Shown here: positions 19,031 through 29,106 of the stretch, piece after piece
How positions within the stretch are numbered: the first letter of the stretch is position 1
How the letters are laid out: every line of letters begins with the position of its first letter
From: Thermodesulfobacteriota bacterium
GTDB lineage: Bacteria; Desulfobacterota_D; UBA1144; Nemesobacterales; Nemesobacteraceae
Direction: 5' to 3'
DNA length: 64,000 bases
Assembly (NCBI GenBank): GCA_965202785.1
Contig: OZ241855.1
Location: 768,001-832,000 of the forward strand
Notes under the pieces: model-generated
The model's database searches: none
The model's input: the letters and a program-made list of their open reading frames with translations, nothing else
What the model was told of the DNA's origin: nothing
Translations under genes and position numbers: made by a program

Positions 19031-20806
19031 ATGGGCCTTCTGGTTGAAGCTTTCATTTTTCTGCTGGCGACGATTGTCGTTGTTCCTGTCTGCCGTAAGT
19101 TCGGATTGAGCAGCGTGCTTGGCTACCTGCTTGTTGGATTGCTGATTGGCCCAAGCGTGTTCGGGCTTGTGGGCAATGCAACGGAAGTTCTGCACTTTGC
19201 TGAGTTCGGAATCGTTTTGTTGATGTTTCTCATCGGTCTTGAACTTCGTCCGCATCGCCTGTGGACCATGCGGAGATTTCTCTTCGGGCTTGGTACAACC
19301 CAGATACTCATAACTTCAGTCGTCATTGCGGTGTTCTGCTTTATGTTGCTGGGGATGGGCACGCCTGCGTCAATACTGATCGGGTTTTCTCTTGCTCTTT
19401 CAAGCACGGCATTTGTCGTGCAGTGGCTCGGAGAGCACAGGGAGTTCAACAGGCCCCATGGACGTGCGGCTTTCGGTACGCTGCTTATGCAGGATGTCGC
19501 CGTTATCCCTGCAATAGCCTTGATAGGTATCTTGTCTTCTAAGCCCGGGGATTCGGTGTCGTTGAACTTGATGCTTCTTATCGCTGTTGTGGCTGGATTC
19601 GTGGTTGCTCGGTTTACGCTTCGCCCCGCCCTGCGTTTTGTTGCCTCCACGGGAATCCATGAACTTTTCACAGCCGCTGCGCTTACACTCGTGACAGGTG
19701 CCGCCTTGGCAATGCACAGCATTGGTTTTTCAATGGGGCTCGGGGCTTTCGTAGCGGGGGTTATGGTTGCCGATTCTGAGTATCGCCACCAGCTTGAAGC
19801 GGACATAATGCCCTTTAAGGGGTTGCTTTTGGGCCTTTTCTTCATTGCGGTCGGCATGTCGGCCAACTTGGGCTTGCTGATCAGCAAGCCGCTTTTGATC
19901 ATCGGACTGACTGCGGTTCTCATGGTCGTAAAATCGCTCGTTATATACCCGCTTGCCAGATTGCAGGGTCTTGAGCACGATGAAGCGGTGCGGACGGGGC
20001 TTGTGCTTTCCCAGGGCGGGGAGTTTGCCTTTATTCTGTTTACCATAGGCGTTTCGGCGCAGCTTGTAGATCAATTCGTCGTCGATGTTGCCGTTTTGGT
20101 GGTAACGTTGTCAATGGCAGCAACACCTTTTCTCGTTGCGATCGGTTCCCGGTTCGGTGCCGAAAAGGACAGCGCACCTGCGCCGGCAGAGGAAACCCAT
20201 GGATCGCAGAATTCCGTTATCATCGTGGGCTTTGGTCCGTTCGGCCAGACTGTAGCCCGGATACTGACCATACTTGAAATTCCGTTCACGGTGATTGAAC
20301 TTGATCCCAAGAGGGTTGACTTCGTTCGTCAGTTTGCAAGTGAAACATACTATGGCAACGCATCGAGCCTGCGGGTTCTGCTGTCCGCTCATATTGACCG
20401 GGCTCCTGCGATCGTCGTGGCGATCGACGATGTCGAATCGTCTCTGAAAATAGTCGGTCAGGTATCTAATGCTTTTCCGAACCTTAAAATTATGGCGCGT
20501 GCTAGGAATCGTTTTCACGAAATAAAGCTCCGCGAGCTGGGGGTGACCTCCGTGATTCGCGAGACTCTGCTTTCAAGCCTTGCTCTTTCAACCCAGCTGC
20601 TTGAGCACCTGGGGGTTCCACCGACCGATTCAGCGGGGATAATTCAGGCGTTTCGTGAACATGATGCCCAAACTCTGGATAGCCAGATGGCGGTTTACCA
20701 CGATAAAACCGGGTTTCCTGAAGAGGTGTTTGATCCTACGCAGGAACTAAAGGAGTTGTTCAAGGAAGACAAAAAAACCAGTCTACGCACCGAAAAGGAA
20801 ACTTGA
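19031..20806 (+). CDS. CPA2 monovalent cation/proton antiporter with TrkA-N domain (KefB/KefC-like)
   Basis: Motifs AEFGIVLLMFLIGLEL, ALSSTA, LLMQD, YRHQLEADIMPFKGLLLGLFF and SQGGEF; KTN GFGPFG. Confidence 0.92.
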   Translation: MGLLVEAFIFLLATIVVVPVCRKFGLSSVLGYLLVGLLIGPSVFGLVGNATEVLHFAEFGIVLLMFLIGLELRPHRLWTMRRFLFGLGTTQILITSVVIAVFCFMLLGMGTPASILIGFSLALSSTAFVVQWLGEHREFNRPHGRAAFGTLLMQDVAVIPAIALIGILSSKPGDSVSLNLMLLIAVVAGFVVARFTLRPALRFVASTGIHELFTAAALTLVTGAALAMHSIGFSMGLGAFVAGVMVADSEYRHQLEADIMPFKGLLLGLFFIAVGMSANLGLLISKPLLIIGLTAVLMVVKSLVIYPLARLQGLEHDEAVRTGLVLSQGGEFAFILFTIGVSAQLVDQFVVDVAVLVVTLSMAATPFLVAIGSRFGAEKDSAPAPAEETHGSQNSVIIVGFGPFGQTVARILTILEIPFTVIELDPKRVDFVRQFASETYYGNASSLRVLLSAHIDRAPAIVVAIDDVESSLKIVGQVSNAFPNLKIMARARNRFHEIKLRELGVTSVIRETLLSSLALSTQLLEHLGVPPTDSAGIIQAFREHDAQTLDSQMAVYHDKTGFPEEVFDPTQELKELFKEDKKTSLRTEKET

Positions 20807-21089
20807 TAAGTTTTTTTTCTGCCCCTGCTTATAGAAGCTGTCTCTCTTTTTTGAACAATAGCAGTAACATCCCTTGAAGTTCTTTATTTTCTTAAACCGA
20901 GGGCACGCACCTCCGATCTTCCTTATTTCACTAATTGGTATGGTTTCATCAATCGTTGAAAAGAGCTATGTACTGAAAAACTTGAGGTTAGCTCATAAAC
21001 GGTATTTACAAAAGCCATCGTTTAAGTCTCATCCGTGACTGGAAATTCTAGTTTTTTTAATTCAACTGTTCATGATGACTGGGGTCTTT

Positions 21090-21124
21090 TGCACAATTTG
21101 AAAGTACTACTTTCAAATTGTGCA
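21090..21124. repeat. Perfect 35-bp palindrome (17-1-17)
   Basis: tgcacaatttgaaagta-c-tactttcaaattgtgca in an AT-rich 500-bp intergenic region. Confidence 0.9.
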
Positions 21125-21311
21125 TTATTGGGGCAAGTTTCTCGGGCAATATTTTTGTCAGTTGTCTCTTTTTTAATGTCCAAATGTATGTGCGCAGGGT
21201 CCCGTTAACAGTTTTTTTTCAGGTAAACTAAAATGTTCAGAATAGACAACGGTTAAAAACCGTCAAAACTGCCAATTTGTATTCTGAAACTAAAATACGC
21301 AAGAGGAAAAA

Positions 21312-23030
21312 ATGAAACTGCCTTTACGTCCGAGAGACGAAAAATACATAGGAAAAGGGACTCTTCCCAACGGTCCCTTAGACGACACCGACAACTGGCT
21401 TCCCATAACCAGGTACCTTGAGGCGGGGGCAGAGTCCTATCCCGAAAAAACAATGTTCAGCCTCGGGGATTCAGACGGCAAAGTAGCGGAAAGCTACAGC
21501 TACGGGGAAACAAATGCCTGGGCAAACAGGGTTGCGAATGGCCTCGTCGGGGAGTTCGGCATAAAAAGGGGGGACAAGGTCGGCATGTACATGCTCAACT
21601 GTTCCGAATATGTCATATCAATCATCGCCGCGCACAAATCGGGCGCCGTCCAGGTCCCTATAAACAAGGATGAAAAAGGCGATAGGCTGGCTTACGTAAT
21701 AAACTACTCCGAGATGCGGGTGCTCGTTGTTGATACCCAGAGCCTTCCCTACATAGGTGAAATAGCGGATAAGCTTGAGAATCTCGAAGCGATTTTTCTT
21801 GTCTCGGAGGAGGTTCCGGCGGACATAGGGGGTATAAAGGCATTTCCTTTTTCTGTCTTTGAGCAGTTCTCATCCGAAAACCCCGGGGTCGACGTGACGA
21901 TTGCCGACAAGGAAAGATGCATGTTCACTTCCGGCACCACAGGGATGCCTAAGGGAGTTATACGCGATCACGGGGGAGTGATCATGACGGTCCGCTCCTT
22001 CATACAGCAGCAGGGACTCAGAAGCGAGGACGTCTTGATGACGGTTCTTTCCCTTGGACACGCAAACGCCCAGGTGATGTGCCTTTTTGTTTCAATAGCC
22101 GTTGGCGGCTCTGCAGTTTTCTTCCCGAGGTTCTCCGCTTCCAATTTCTGGAAGTGGGCTGCCGGCTGCGGGGCGACCGGGGCTAACATGCTCGGGGCGG
22201 TGCCCGAGTACATATGGTCTTCTCCGTTGTCTGAGTGGGATTCAAGGCACGGAATAAGGATGATGCTCTCGGGGCCCGCGCCTAAAAAGCTTCGCGAGTT
22301 CGAGGAAAGGTTCAACACGAAGATAGTGGAAGGCTACGGATCTACCGAAATGGGAATGCCGCTCTGGAAAGACCCCGAGGATGAAAATCCGGGTTCATGC
22401 GGACTTCCCGTCGAGGGATACCACCTCGAGATAAGAGATCCCCTGAACACAGACGAGATCATAAACAAACCTTGGGACGTGGATAAGAATCCCGCTCCTG
22501 CAGAGGAGGAAAAGGGGCTTCTTTTCATAAAGCCTCTGGTTCCGCACACGACCCTAGATGAATATTTCAAGGACGAGAGAAGAACGAAAAACGCTTTTGA
22601 CGACCAAGGCTTTTTCAATTCGGATGACCTGTTTGCCGTTGGAACCGATGGGAGATACTACTTCATGGGCCGCTACAGCAGAATACGCGTGTCGGGAGAG
22701 AATGTGGATCCGGTAGCCGTGGCAGATGTCTCGGAGGAACATCCTTCAGTTCGGGAGGCTGTGGCCGTAGGCCTTAGACTGCCCGACATATCGGATGACG
22801 AGATCAAACTTAACCTGATACTTAAGGAAGGGGCGGATTTCGATCCTGTGGGGTTCTGCGAGTGGATGGCCGAGAAAGTTATGGTGGCAATGGTTCCCAG
22901 GTTTATCGAAATCTACGAGGAATTTCCGCTTACCTCGACCCAGAAGATTGCGGTTTCAGAACTTAAAAAGATATCCGATTCCACCTGGGACAGGCACAAA
23001 AGCGGGCTCAAGCTCAGGTCAAGAAAGTGA
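21312..23030 (+). CDS. ATP-dependent acyl-CoA ligase, CaiC-like (paralog 1)
   Basis: AMP-binding motif FTSGTTGMPKG, plus YGSTE, RFSASNFW and RVSGENV. Confidence 0.9.
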   Translation: MKLPLRPRDEKYIGKGTLPNGPLDDTDNWLPITRYLEAGAESYPEKTMFSLGDSDGKVAESYSYGETNAWANRVANGLVGEFGIKRGDKVGMYMLNCSEYVISIIAAHKSGAVQVPINKDEKGDRLAYVINYSEMRVLVVDTQSLPYIGEIADKLENLEAIFLVSEEVPADIGGIKAFPFSVFEQFSSENPGVDVTIADKERCMFTSGTTGMPKGVIRDHGGVIMTVRSFIQQQGLRSEDVLMTVLSLGHANAQVMCLFVSIAVGGSAVFFPRFSASNFWKWAAGCGATGANMLGAVPEYIWSSPLSEWDSRHGIRMMLSGPAPKKLREFEERFNTKIVEGYGSTEMGMPLWKDPEDENPGSCGLPVEGYHLEIRDPLNTDEIINKPWDVDKNPAPAEEEKGLLFIKPLVPHTTLDEYFKDERRTKNAFDDQGFFNSDDLFAVGTDGRYYFMGRYSRIRVSGENVDPVAVADVSEEHPSVREAVAVGLRLPDISDDEIKLNLILKEGADFDPVGFCEWMAEKVMVAMVPRFIEIYEEFPLTSTQKIAVSELKKISDSTWDRHKSGLKLRSRK

Positions 23031-23981
23031 GCCCGAGATAAAGTAGAGAAACGCCGCGTAAACTACGAGAAGAAGGGCACCTTTCTTTTTTCCGATCCTG
23101 TTTTTACCAATCTGGGTTTTTCCAATTAGTAATACGAAAAGAACTGTAAGCAGCAAAAAAAATGTGAATTCAGGAGTGGTTCCGAACATCTTCGGATTTA
23201 CGTTTACGGGACGGATAAGTGCAACGAGACCCAGATACCCGAGGTTAAAGAAGTTGCTTCCTATGATGTTGCCGACGACTATGTTCTGTTCCTTCCTCCA
23301 TGCGGCCACGAGCGAAGCGGAGAGTTCCGGAAGGGAAGTTCCGAGGGCAATTGCCGTTACGCCTATGAACAGTTCGCTTATTCCAATTTGTGTGGCAATT
23401 TCTACTGCGCTACTGACCAGAAAGTGGGCACTGCCCGCTAGAAGCACTGAACCCAAGACCACATAAAGAAGAAGTTTCCACCCGCTGTCGTCTTGCGATG
23501 CGGAAAAAGCCTCGTTTTCTTCTGTGGATTTTTTATAGGGTAGAAACAAAAGGACGCCAAGCAAGAGAAACAGCAGCACTCCTTCGCCTCTTCCGAGGGA
23601 GAATCCGGTGCGACTGAGACCGTAAGTGGCAAAAGTGATGAGCATCAAGAATAGAAGCGGGAGTTTCAGTTCTTTCCATGCTTTCCTGTTTATCACTATG
23701 GGACTTATAAGGACTGTCAGGCCGAAAATAAGCCCGACGTTGGCGATATTGCTCCCGACCATGTTTCCGACTGCTATGTCGCTTGAACCCTCTATAACCG
23801 CTACTAGACAGACTACGAACTCAGGAACGGATGTTCCAAGTGCAACCACAATAAGTCCCGCAAAAAAGGGCCCCATGCTGGTTAGTTTTGAGATTCCTGC
23901 TGCGCCTTTAACGAGAAAAAGGCCACCTTTCCAGAGAAACGCGAAACTTAAGATAAAAATCAGCAGATTCGAAATTTCCAT
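23019..23981 (-). CDS. Calcium/sodium antiporter (YrbG-like)
   Basis: Two alpha repeats, GTSVPE...GSNIAN and GTSLPE...GSNFFN. Confidence 0.93.
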   Translation of the reverse strand: MEISNLLIFILSFAFLWKGGLFLVKGAAGISKLTSMGPFFAGLIVVALGTSVPEFVVCLVAVIEGSSDIAVGNMVGSNIANVGLIFGLTVLISPIVINRKAWKELKLPLLFLMLITFATYGLSRTGFSLGRGEGVLLFLLLGVLLFLPYKKSTEENEAFSASQDDSGWKLLLYVVLGSVLLAGSAHFLVSSAVEIATQIGISELFIGVTAIALGTSLPELSASLVAAWRKEQNIVVGNIIGSNFFNLGYLGLVALIRPVNVNPKMFGTTPEFTFFLLLTVLFVLLIGKTQIGKNRIGKKKGALLLVVYAAFLYFISGSLS

Positions 23982-24148
23982 AAGGTCAGAAGCGGGATTC
24001 GGGCCGCATAGGGCAGGTCAAGGGGTTTTTCAGGAACCGTGAAAAAACAGGGTTTGCAATGAAGCACCGATTAACCTATAATAGTGTGGATTTTTACAGC
24101 GCCTTTTCATTTTCAAGCGCTATAAGACTGTTCAGGAGGTTACAGTAA

Positions 24149-25870
24149 ATGCAATTATTATTCAAACCGCGCGATGGCGTATATCTAGGAAGCGGAGATC
24201 TTCCCTTCGGTAAATTTGAAGACACTTCGCAGTGGGAACCGATAACCACAAATCTTGAGAAGGGTGCCGAGATGTTTCCCGACAAGGCAATGTTCAAGGT
24301 CGGAGACAGAGACGGAAACATCGTGGAGAGCTACACTTATGCGGAAACCAACGCGTGGGCCAACAGGGTGGCAAACGGTCTTGCCCAAGGGTTCGGAATA
24401 AATAAAGGGGACAAGGTCGGCATGTACATGCTCAACTGTTCTGAGCACGTGATATCTATTATCGCCATACACAAGTGCGGCGGTGTGCAGGTTCCGGTAA
24501 ACAAGGACGAGAAGGGGGAGAGGCTCGCTTACGTAATCAACTACTCGGACATGAGGGCCCTCATTATTGACGAGGGGAGCATTCCTTTCATAGAGGAAAT
24601 CGGCGACACCCTTGAGCATCTTGAAGTGGTTTTCGTGACGGTTGACAGTCCACCTGAAAACATCGGAGGCATAAAGGCGCTTCCTTTTTCGGAATTTGAT
24701 AATTATGACGATACTAATCCCGGGGTGGACGTTACCACTGCCGACATGGAGAGGTGTATGTTCACGTCCGGTACCACAGGGATGCCAAAAGGGGTTGCCA
24801 GAGACCACGGAGGAGTGATCATGACAGTCCGTTCCTATCTGCAGCAGCAGGGAATAAGGAGCGATGATGTGCTCATGAGCATACTTTCACTCGGTCACGC
24901 CAACGCGCAGGTAATGTGCCTTTTCAGTGCCATGGCGTCCGGTGCGACTGCCGTGTTTTTCCCCAGGTTCTCGGCTTCCAATTTCTGGAAATGGGCGGCC
25001 GGGTGCGGCGCGACATGCGTTAACATGCTGGGAGCGGTAGCCGAGTACCTCTGGGCGGCGCCCGAGAGCGAGTGGGATCAGAAGCACAGCATAAGGATAA
25101 TGCTGGGCTCCCCAGCCCCGAGAAACTTGAAGGAATTCCAGGAAAGGTTCGGAGTCAGGGTGATAGACGGATACGGTTCGACCGAGATGGGCATGGTTCT
25201 CTGGAAAGACCCCGAAGATCACCGCCCGGGTTCATCCGGTTTCCCCATGGAGGGATATTACGTCGAGCTCAGAAATCCCGAAGACATCGATACGGTGGTA
25301 AGACCGTTCTGGGACTCTACCGACGATATTACTCCTCCCGACGACGCCAAGGGACTTCTTTTCGTAAAGCCGCTTGTTCCGCATACGACCCTGAATGAAT
25401 ATTTCAAGGATGAGAGAAGAACCAGAGAGGCCTTTGACGATGATGGCTTCTTCAATTCGGACGATCTCTTCGCTAGAGGTATCGATGGGAGATACTATTT
25501 TGTCGGAAGGTTCAGCCGCATCAGGGTTTCAGGCGAAAACGTGGACCCGGTAGCCGTCGGGGACGAGGCGATGCAATACCCCGCAATTCAGGAAGCCATT
25601 GCGGTCGGTATAAGGCTCCCGAACGTTTCGGATGACGAGATCAAACTCTGCGTTACGCTCAAGGCGGGCGAGGAATTCGATCCGATTGAGTTCTCCAAAT
25701 GGATGGCCGAAAGGGTTATAGTGGCCATGGTGCCTAGGTTCATAGAGGTTTACGAGGATGGATTCCCGGTAACCGCGACCCAGAAGGTCAAGGTCGCCGA
25801 GATAAAGGAAATTACCGAGAATACCTGGGACAGAAACGAGACGGGCCTCAAGTTCAGCGCCAGGAAGTAG
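24149..25870 (+). CDS. ATP-dependent acyl-CoA ligase, CaiC-like (paralog 2)
   Basis: Same motifs and colinear with 21312-23030; AGGAGG RBS; promoter TTGCAA-N17-TATAAT at 24054-24082. Confidence 0.9.
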   Translation: MQLLFKPRDGVYLGSGDLPFGKFEDTSQWEPITTNLEKGAEMFPDKAMFKVGDRDGNIVESYTYAETNAWANRVANGLAQGFGINKGDKVGMYMLNCSEHVISIIAIHKCGGVQVPVNKDEKGERLAYVINYSDMRALIIDEGSIPFIEEIGDTLEHLEVVFVTVDSPPENIGGIKALPFSEFDNYDDTNPGVDVTTADMERCMFTSGTTGMPKGVARDHGGVIMTVRSYLQQQGIRSDDVLMSILSLGHANAQVMCLFSAMASGATAVFFPRFSASNFWKWAAGCGATCVNMLGAVAEYLWAAPESEWDQKHSIRIMLGSPAPRNLKEFQERFGVRVIDGYGSTEMGMVLWKDPEDHRPGSSGFPMEGYYVELRNPEDIDTVVRPFWDSTDDITPPDDAKGLLFVKPLVPHTTLNEYFKDERRTREAFDDDGFFNSDDLFARGIDGRYYFVGRFSRIRVSGENVDPVAVGDEAMQYPAIQEAIAVGIRLPNVSDDEIKLCVTLKAGEEFDPIEFSKWMAERVIVAMVPRFIEVYEDGFPVTATQKVKVAEIKEITENTWDRNETGLKFSARK

Positions 25871-25885
25871 GTTTCCCTTTTATCC

Positions 25886-26350
25886 GTGACGGGGCAGTCC
25901 GATGAAAGCATTATGGCCTTGGCTATCGGGGAAGCCGAGCGGGCCGCTTCGGCAGGCGAGGTTCCCGTCGGGGCGGTCATAGTTGATGAGGGCGGAACCG
26001 TAATTTCGGCCGCCCATAACCTGAGGGAATCAATTTCGGACGCTACCGCTCACGCCGAAATTCTGGCTATACGCCGCGCGTGCGAAGTTATCGGAAACTG
26101 GAGACTTTCCGGCACTTCTATCTACGTCACTCTAGAGCCCTGTGCCATGTGCATGGGAGCCATAGTCAACGCGAGAATAGACAGAGTGGTGTTCGGCGCT
26201 CCCGATCCCAAGGGCGGGGCGCTTGTAAGCAACTTTGGAATCGGCACAGGAGGGGATCTCAATCACCAGGTGGAATTCTCGGGGGGAGTCTGCGGCGAGC
26301 GGTGTGCGCGCATTCTTGAGGATTTTTTCAGGACGCTTCGAGATTCCTGA
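25886..26350 (+). CDS. tadA: tRNA adenosine(34) deaminase
   Basis: Motifs GEVPVGAV, TAHAEI, WRL, TLEPCAMC and DPKGGA. Confidence 0.92.
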   Translation: MTGQSDESIMALAIGEAERAASAGEVPVGAVIVDEGGTVISAAHNLRESISDATAHAEILAIRRACEVIGNWRLSGTSIYVTLEPCAMCMGAIVNARIDRVVFGAPDPKGGALVSNFGIGTGGDLNHQVEFSGGVCGERCARILEDFFRTLRDS

Positions 26351-26352
26351 AC

Positions 26353-27003
26353 TCAGGCCTGAGGGCTAACGACGATTTTTTTCGAGTTACCCTTGCTTGG
26401 AACCGTCTCGTATTTTATGTCCTCTTGCTTCTTGAGTTCTATGTAGGCCATTTTCCTTTCGTAGGACGAGAGCCGCTCGATTGAGTGAGAATTTCCGCTT
26501 TCTTTTACTTTCTGTACGGTCTCCGCAACTTTTCTCGGCACGTCAGAGTCCTTTTTCTTTCCGTCGTGCCCGCCGATATTTATGGCGACCCGCTTGCTTT
26601 TTCCCTCGTTGCTGTTTCTCGAAGCTATCTTCCCTACTATGTACTCAAGGGACTTTATTACTTCCCCGTTTCTCCCTATGAGGAATTTCTTGTCTTTAAC
26701 GGGCCAAACTTCAAGTATTATCCTGTTTTCAGTTTCTTCGGCCTTTACGCTCTGCGGGGCTGGAAACAGAAAACCTAGCAGGTTTTCAAGAGTTTTTTTC
26801 GCCCGAAACGCCTTTTCGCTCAGTCCGCCAGTTTTTACTTCCACTCTCACTATGGCGTTTTTGCTTCCTATGCCCAAAACCCCCTTGGAGTCTTCCCTTA
26901 TAACTTCGATTTCCACTTCTTCTTTTGAGACTCCGAGTTCCTCACAGGCGTTCACTACGGCTTCGGAAATGGTTTTTCCTTCCTTTTCTATTACGGTGGC
27001 CAT
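26353..27003 (-). CDS. khpB: Jag/KhpB (EloR) RNA-binding protein
   Basis: Jag-N domain (EGKTISEAV...KGVLGIG), KH motif LIGRNGEV and a degenerate R3H (SYERKMAY); lies downstream of yidC. Confidence 0.85.
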   Translation of the reverse strand: MATVIEKEGKTISEAVVNACEELGVSKEEVEIEVIREDSKGVLGIGSKNAIVRVEVKTGGLSEKAFRAKKTLENLLGFLFPAPQSVKAEETENRIILEVWPVKDKKFLIGRNGEVIKSLEYIVGKIASRNSNEGKSKRVAINIGGHDGKKKDSDVPRKVAETVQKVKESGNSHSIERLSSYERKMAYIELKKQEDIKYETVPSKGNSKKIVVSPQA

Positions 27004-27005
27004 TG

Positions 27006-28676
27006 TTATCCTCCTTCTGGATCCGGGACCTGTCGATTGATGTATAGTTGCTGACCGACGGAGAGAATGTTGCTTACGGTCCAGTAAAGGATAAGACCGG
27101 AAGGCAGGCCCCAGAACATTACGGTAAAAATTATAGGCATAAACTGCATAAGTTTCATCTGCAGTTCCATCGTCTCGCTTCCCGGGGCAGTCATTGGGGT
27201 AAGTCTCTGCGAGAGAAACCACGAGACACCCATCAAAAGGGGCAGCACACGAAACGGTATCCCCAGCACGTCAAACAGGTGCTCGGGCTGGGAGAGGTCG
27301 TTTACCCAGAGAAACGAGCTGTGTCTTAGATCTATCGAATACAGAAGCGCGAAATAAAGAGCTATGAAAACGGGAAGCTGTATGAGCAGGGGGAGACACC
27401 CTCCGAGACTGCTGAGCGGGTTTATGTTATTGCTTGTGTAAAGCTTCATCATCTCTGCCTGCTGTGTCGATTTGTCGTCCTTGTATTTTTCTTTCAGCGC
27501 GTCGATTTCAGGTTTCAGACTCTTCATCTTGTTCTGCATTGCCTTCATCGATTTCATGCTTTTCACGGTAAGGGGGAAGAATATCACCCTGAGGGCGATC
27601 GTAAGCACTATTATGGAGATTCCGTAGTTGCTGAAAAAGTCGTTGACGAACTTAAGCAGCACGACGGCAATTTTGGTAAGTACTCCCGCATAGCCGTAGT
27701 CAATCGATTTCTCAAGCTTGTACCCCGCTTCCTTGAGGTCCAGTTCATTTTTCGGACCGAAATACGATTTCCACCCGACTTTGTAGTTTTTTCCTGCGGC
27801 TATTTTTTGCTCTGGATAGGAAAAACTCGCCCCGGCAAGACCTTTTTCATCAAGGGGCTGCAGGTAGACTCCCCGGTCTCCCCCTATTTCCGGCAGAAAT
27901 GCACCGAGAAAGTACTTGTCACCGAACCCGAACCAGTTCGTCTCTCCATTGTACGCCTTGGTTTCCTTAAGGGGTTTCTTGGTCCGCTTGACCTCGCCGC
28001 CGACCATTGAGATAAACTCGTAGAGACTGCTTGAGCCGCTCTCGTATACCGTATTTTCCCAGCCGACGTAAACTTTCTGGTTTATCTGTCCCCGCGTTCC
28101 GTTGAGAACCTCTAGGTTTTCCCTGATAAAGTATTTCCCGGGGTAAAAGGAGATGGTTTTACGTACCGTAAGCCCGCCGGGCTTTCTCCAGACCAGATTG
28201 ACATCAAGCCCCTCGGGGCCCACGACCAGATTCGTGCCTCCCTTGTAGGAAAAGGGGATGAGTTCCGGCATTTTTTCGTTTTTGACTCTGAGTATGGTGT
28301 CAAATGACTTTTTCTCTTCATCTATCACCGCCACAGGCACCGAGTCCATCTCGACCGTCTTGTTGTATCCCAGAAGCTCCCAGCCGACAATCTTTCCTCC
28401 GAGAGTGTCTATCTCGGCAACATAAAGGTCGGATCTGACTTTTATGATCTTGGAAGCGTAGGAAGATTTTATTGGTTCAAATTCCGCGGGAAGTTCCTGT
28501 GGGGAACCTGGTTCTTCGGAAAGATTCCCTGCAGCGGCGGGCGCCGATGCGGGCCGATCTATTTTTGCGGACTGCTTTTCCTCGGGGGCTTCTGCGAAAA
28601 ACGCCGAGTAACCGACGATTACCAGTACCGACAATACCAGAAATAAAATGTAGTTTCTCTTGAGGTCGCTGTTCAT
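27006..28676 (-). CDS. yidC: Membrane protein insertase YidC
   Basis: Motifs NYGISIIVLT, GGCLPLLIQLPVF, WVNDLS and PSGLILYWTVSN; large periplasmic domain. Confidence 0.97.
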   Translation of the reverse strand: MNSDLKRNYILFLVLSVLVIVGYSAFFAEAPEEKQSAKIDRPASAPAAAGNLSEEPGSPQELPAEFEPIKSSYASKIIKVRSDLYVAEIDTLGGKIVGWELLGYNKTVEMDSVPVAVIDEEKKSFDTILRVKNEKMPELIPFSYKGGTNLVVGPEGLDVNLVWRKPGGLTVRKTISFYPGKYFIRENLEVLNGTRGQINQKVYVGWENTVYESGSSSLYEFISMVGGEVKRTKKPLKETKAYNGETNWFGFGDKYFLGAFLPEIGGDRGVYLQPLDEKGLAGASFSYPEQKIAAGKNYKVGWKSYFGPKNELDLKEAGYKLEKSIDYGYAGVLTKIAVVLLKFVNDFFSNYGISIIVLTIALRVIFFPLTVKSMKSMKAMQNKMKSLKPEIDALKEKYKDDKSTQQAEMMKLYTSNNINPLSSLGGCLPLLIQLPVFIALYFALLYSIDLRHSSFLWVNDLSQPEHLFDVLGIPFRVLPLLMGVSWFLSQRLTPMTAPGSETMELQMKLMQFMPIIFTVMFWGLPSGLILYWTVSNILSVGQQLYINRQVPDPEGG

Positions 28677-28858
28677 GTGTTGTTTCTTAGGGCTTTATTG
28701 AGGATGTGGGGCGCTATCGTGATTTCTGCGAGACACCTGTGAGACTGCTCCCGTTTTCTGTGCGTAGTTCTAGCATGTAGCAGGAAACCAAAGAGTAAGA
28801 ATTCATGGGAGCAATGATACACGATAAGTTTTAATAGGAATAGAGGATTTTTATTCAC
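28673..28858 (-). CDS. Putative 61-aa coupling/leader ORF between yidD and yidC
   Basis: Its GTG overlaps the yidD TGA (GTGA) and its TGA overlaps the yidC ATG (ATGA); hydrophobic N-terminal half; atypical codon usage. Confidence 0.4.
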   Translation of the reverse strand: MNKNPLFLLKLIVYHCSHEFLLFGFLLHARTTHRKREQSHRCLAEITIAPHILNKALRNNT

Positions 28859-29106
28859 TCTTTTGCCTGCTTATCGCCTTTTTTCTTTACGGGATCATAC
28901 CCCCCCGCGCTCAGCGGATGACATTGCAGTATTCTTCTTATGGTCATCCAAATTCCCCTGAAAGCTCCGTGTTCCCTGAGGGCCTCAATTGAATACGCAG
29001 AGCAGCTGGGGTAGAACCTGCAGGTTTGGGGGAGCAGGGGAGAAATGGTTCTCTGGTAGCCCCTTACCAGAAAAACGAGGAACCTGACTGCGGGGTTTTC
29101 TTTCAT
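28855..29106 (-). CDS. yidD: Membrane protein insertion efficiency factor
   Basis: [22 protein letters not shown]...[12 protein letters not shown]. Confidence 0.96.
   Translation of the reverse strand: MKENPAVRFLVFLVRGYQRTISPLLPQTCRFYPSCSAYSIEALREHGAFRGIWMTIRRILQCHPLSAGGYDPVKKKGDKQAKE

Noticed and set aside
20807-21089. Possible decayed gene on the minus strand (fragments such as IDETIPISEIRKIGG)
   Set aside because: Multiple stops and no recognisable family; it cannot be supported without a tblastn/HMM search
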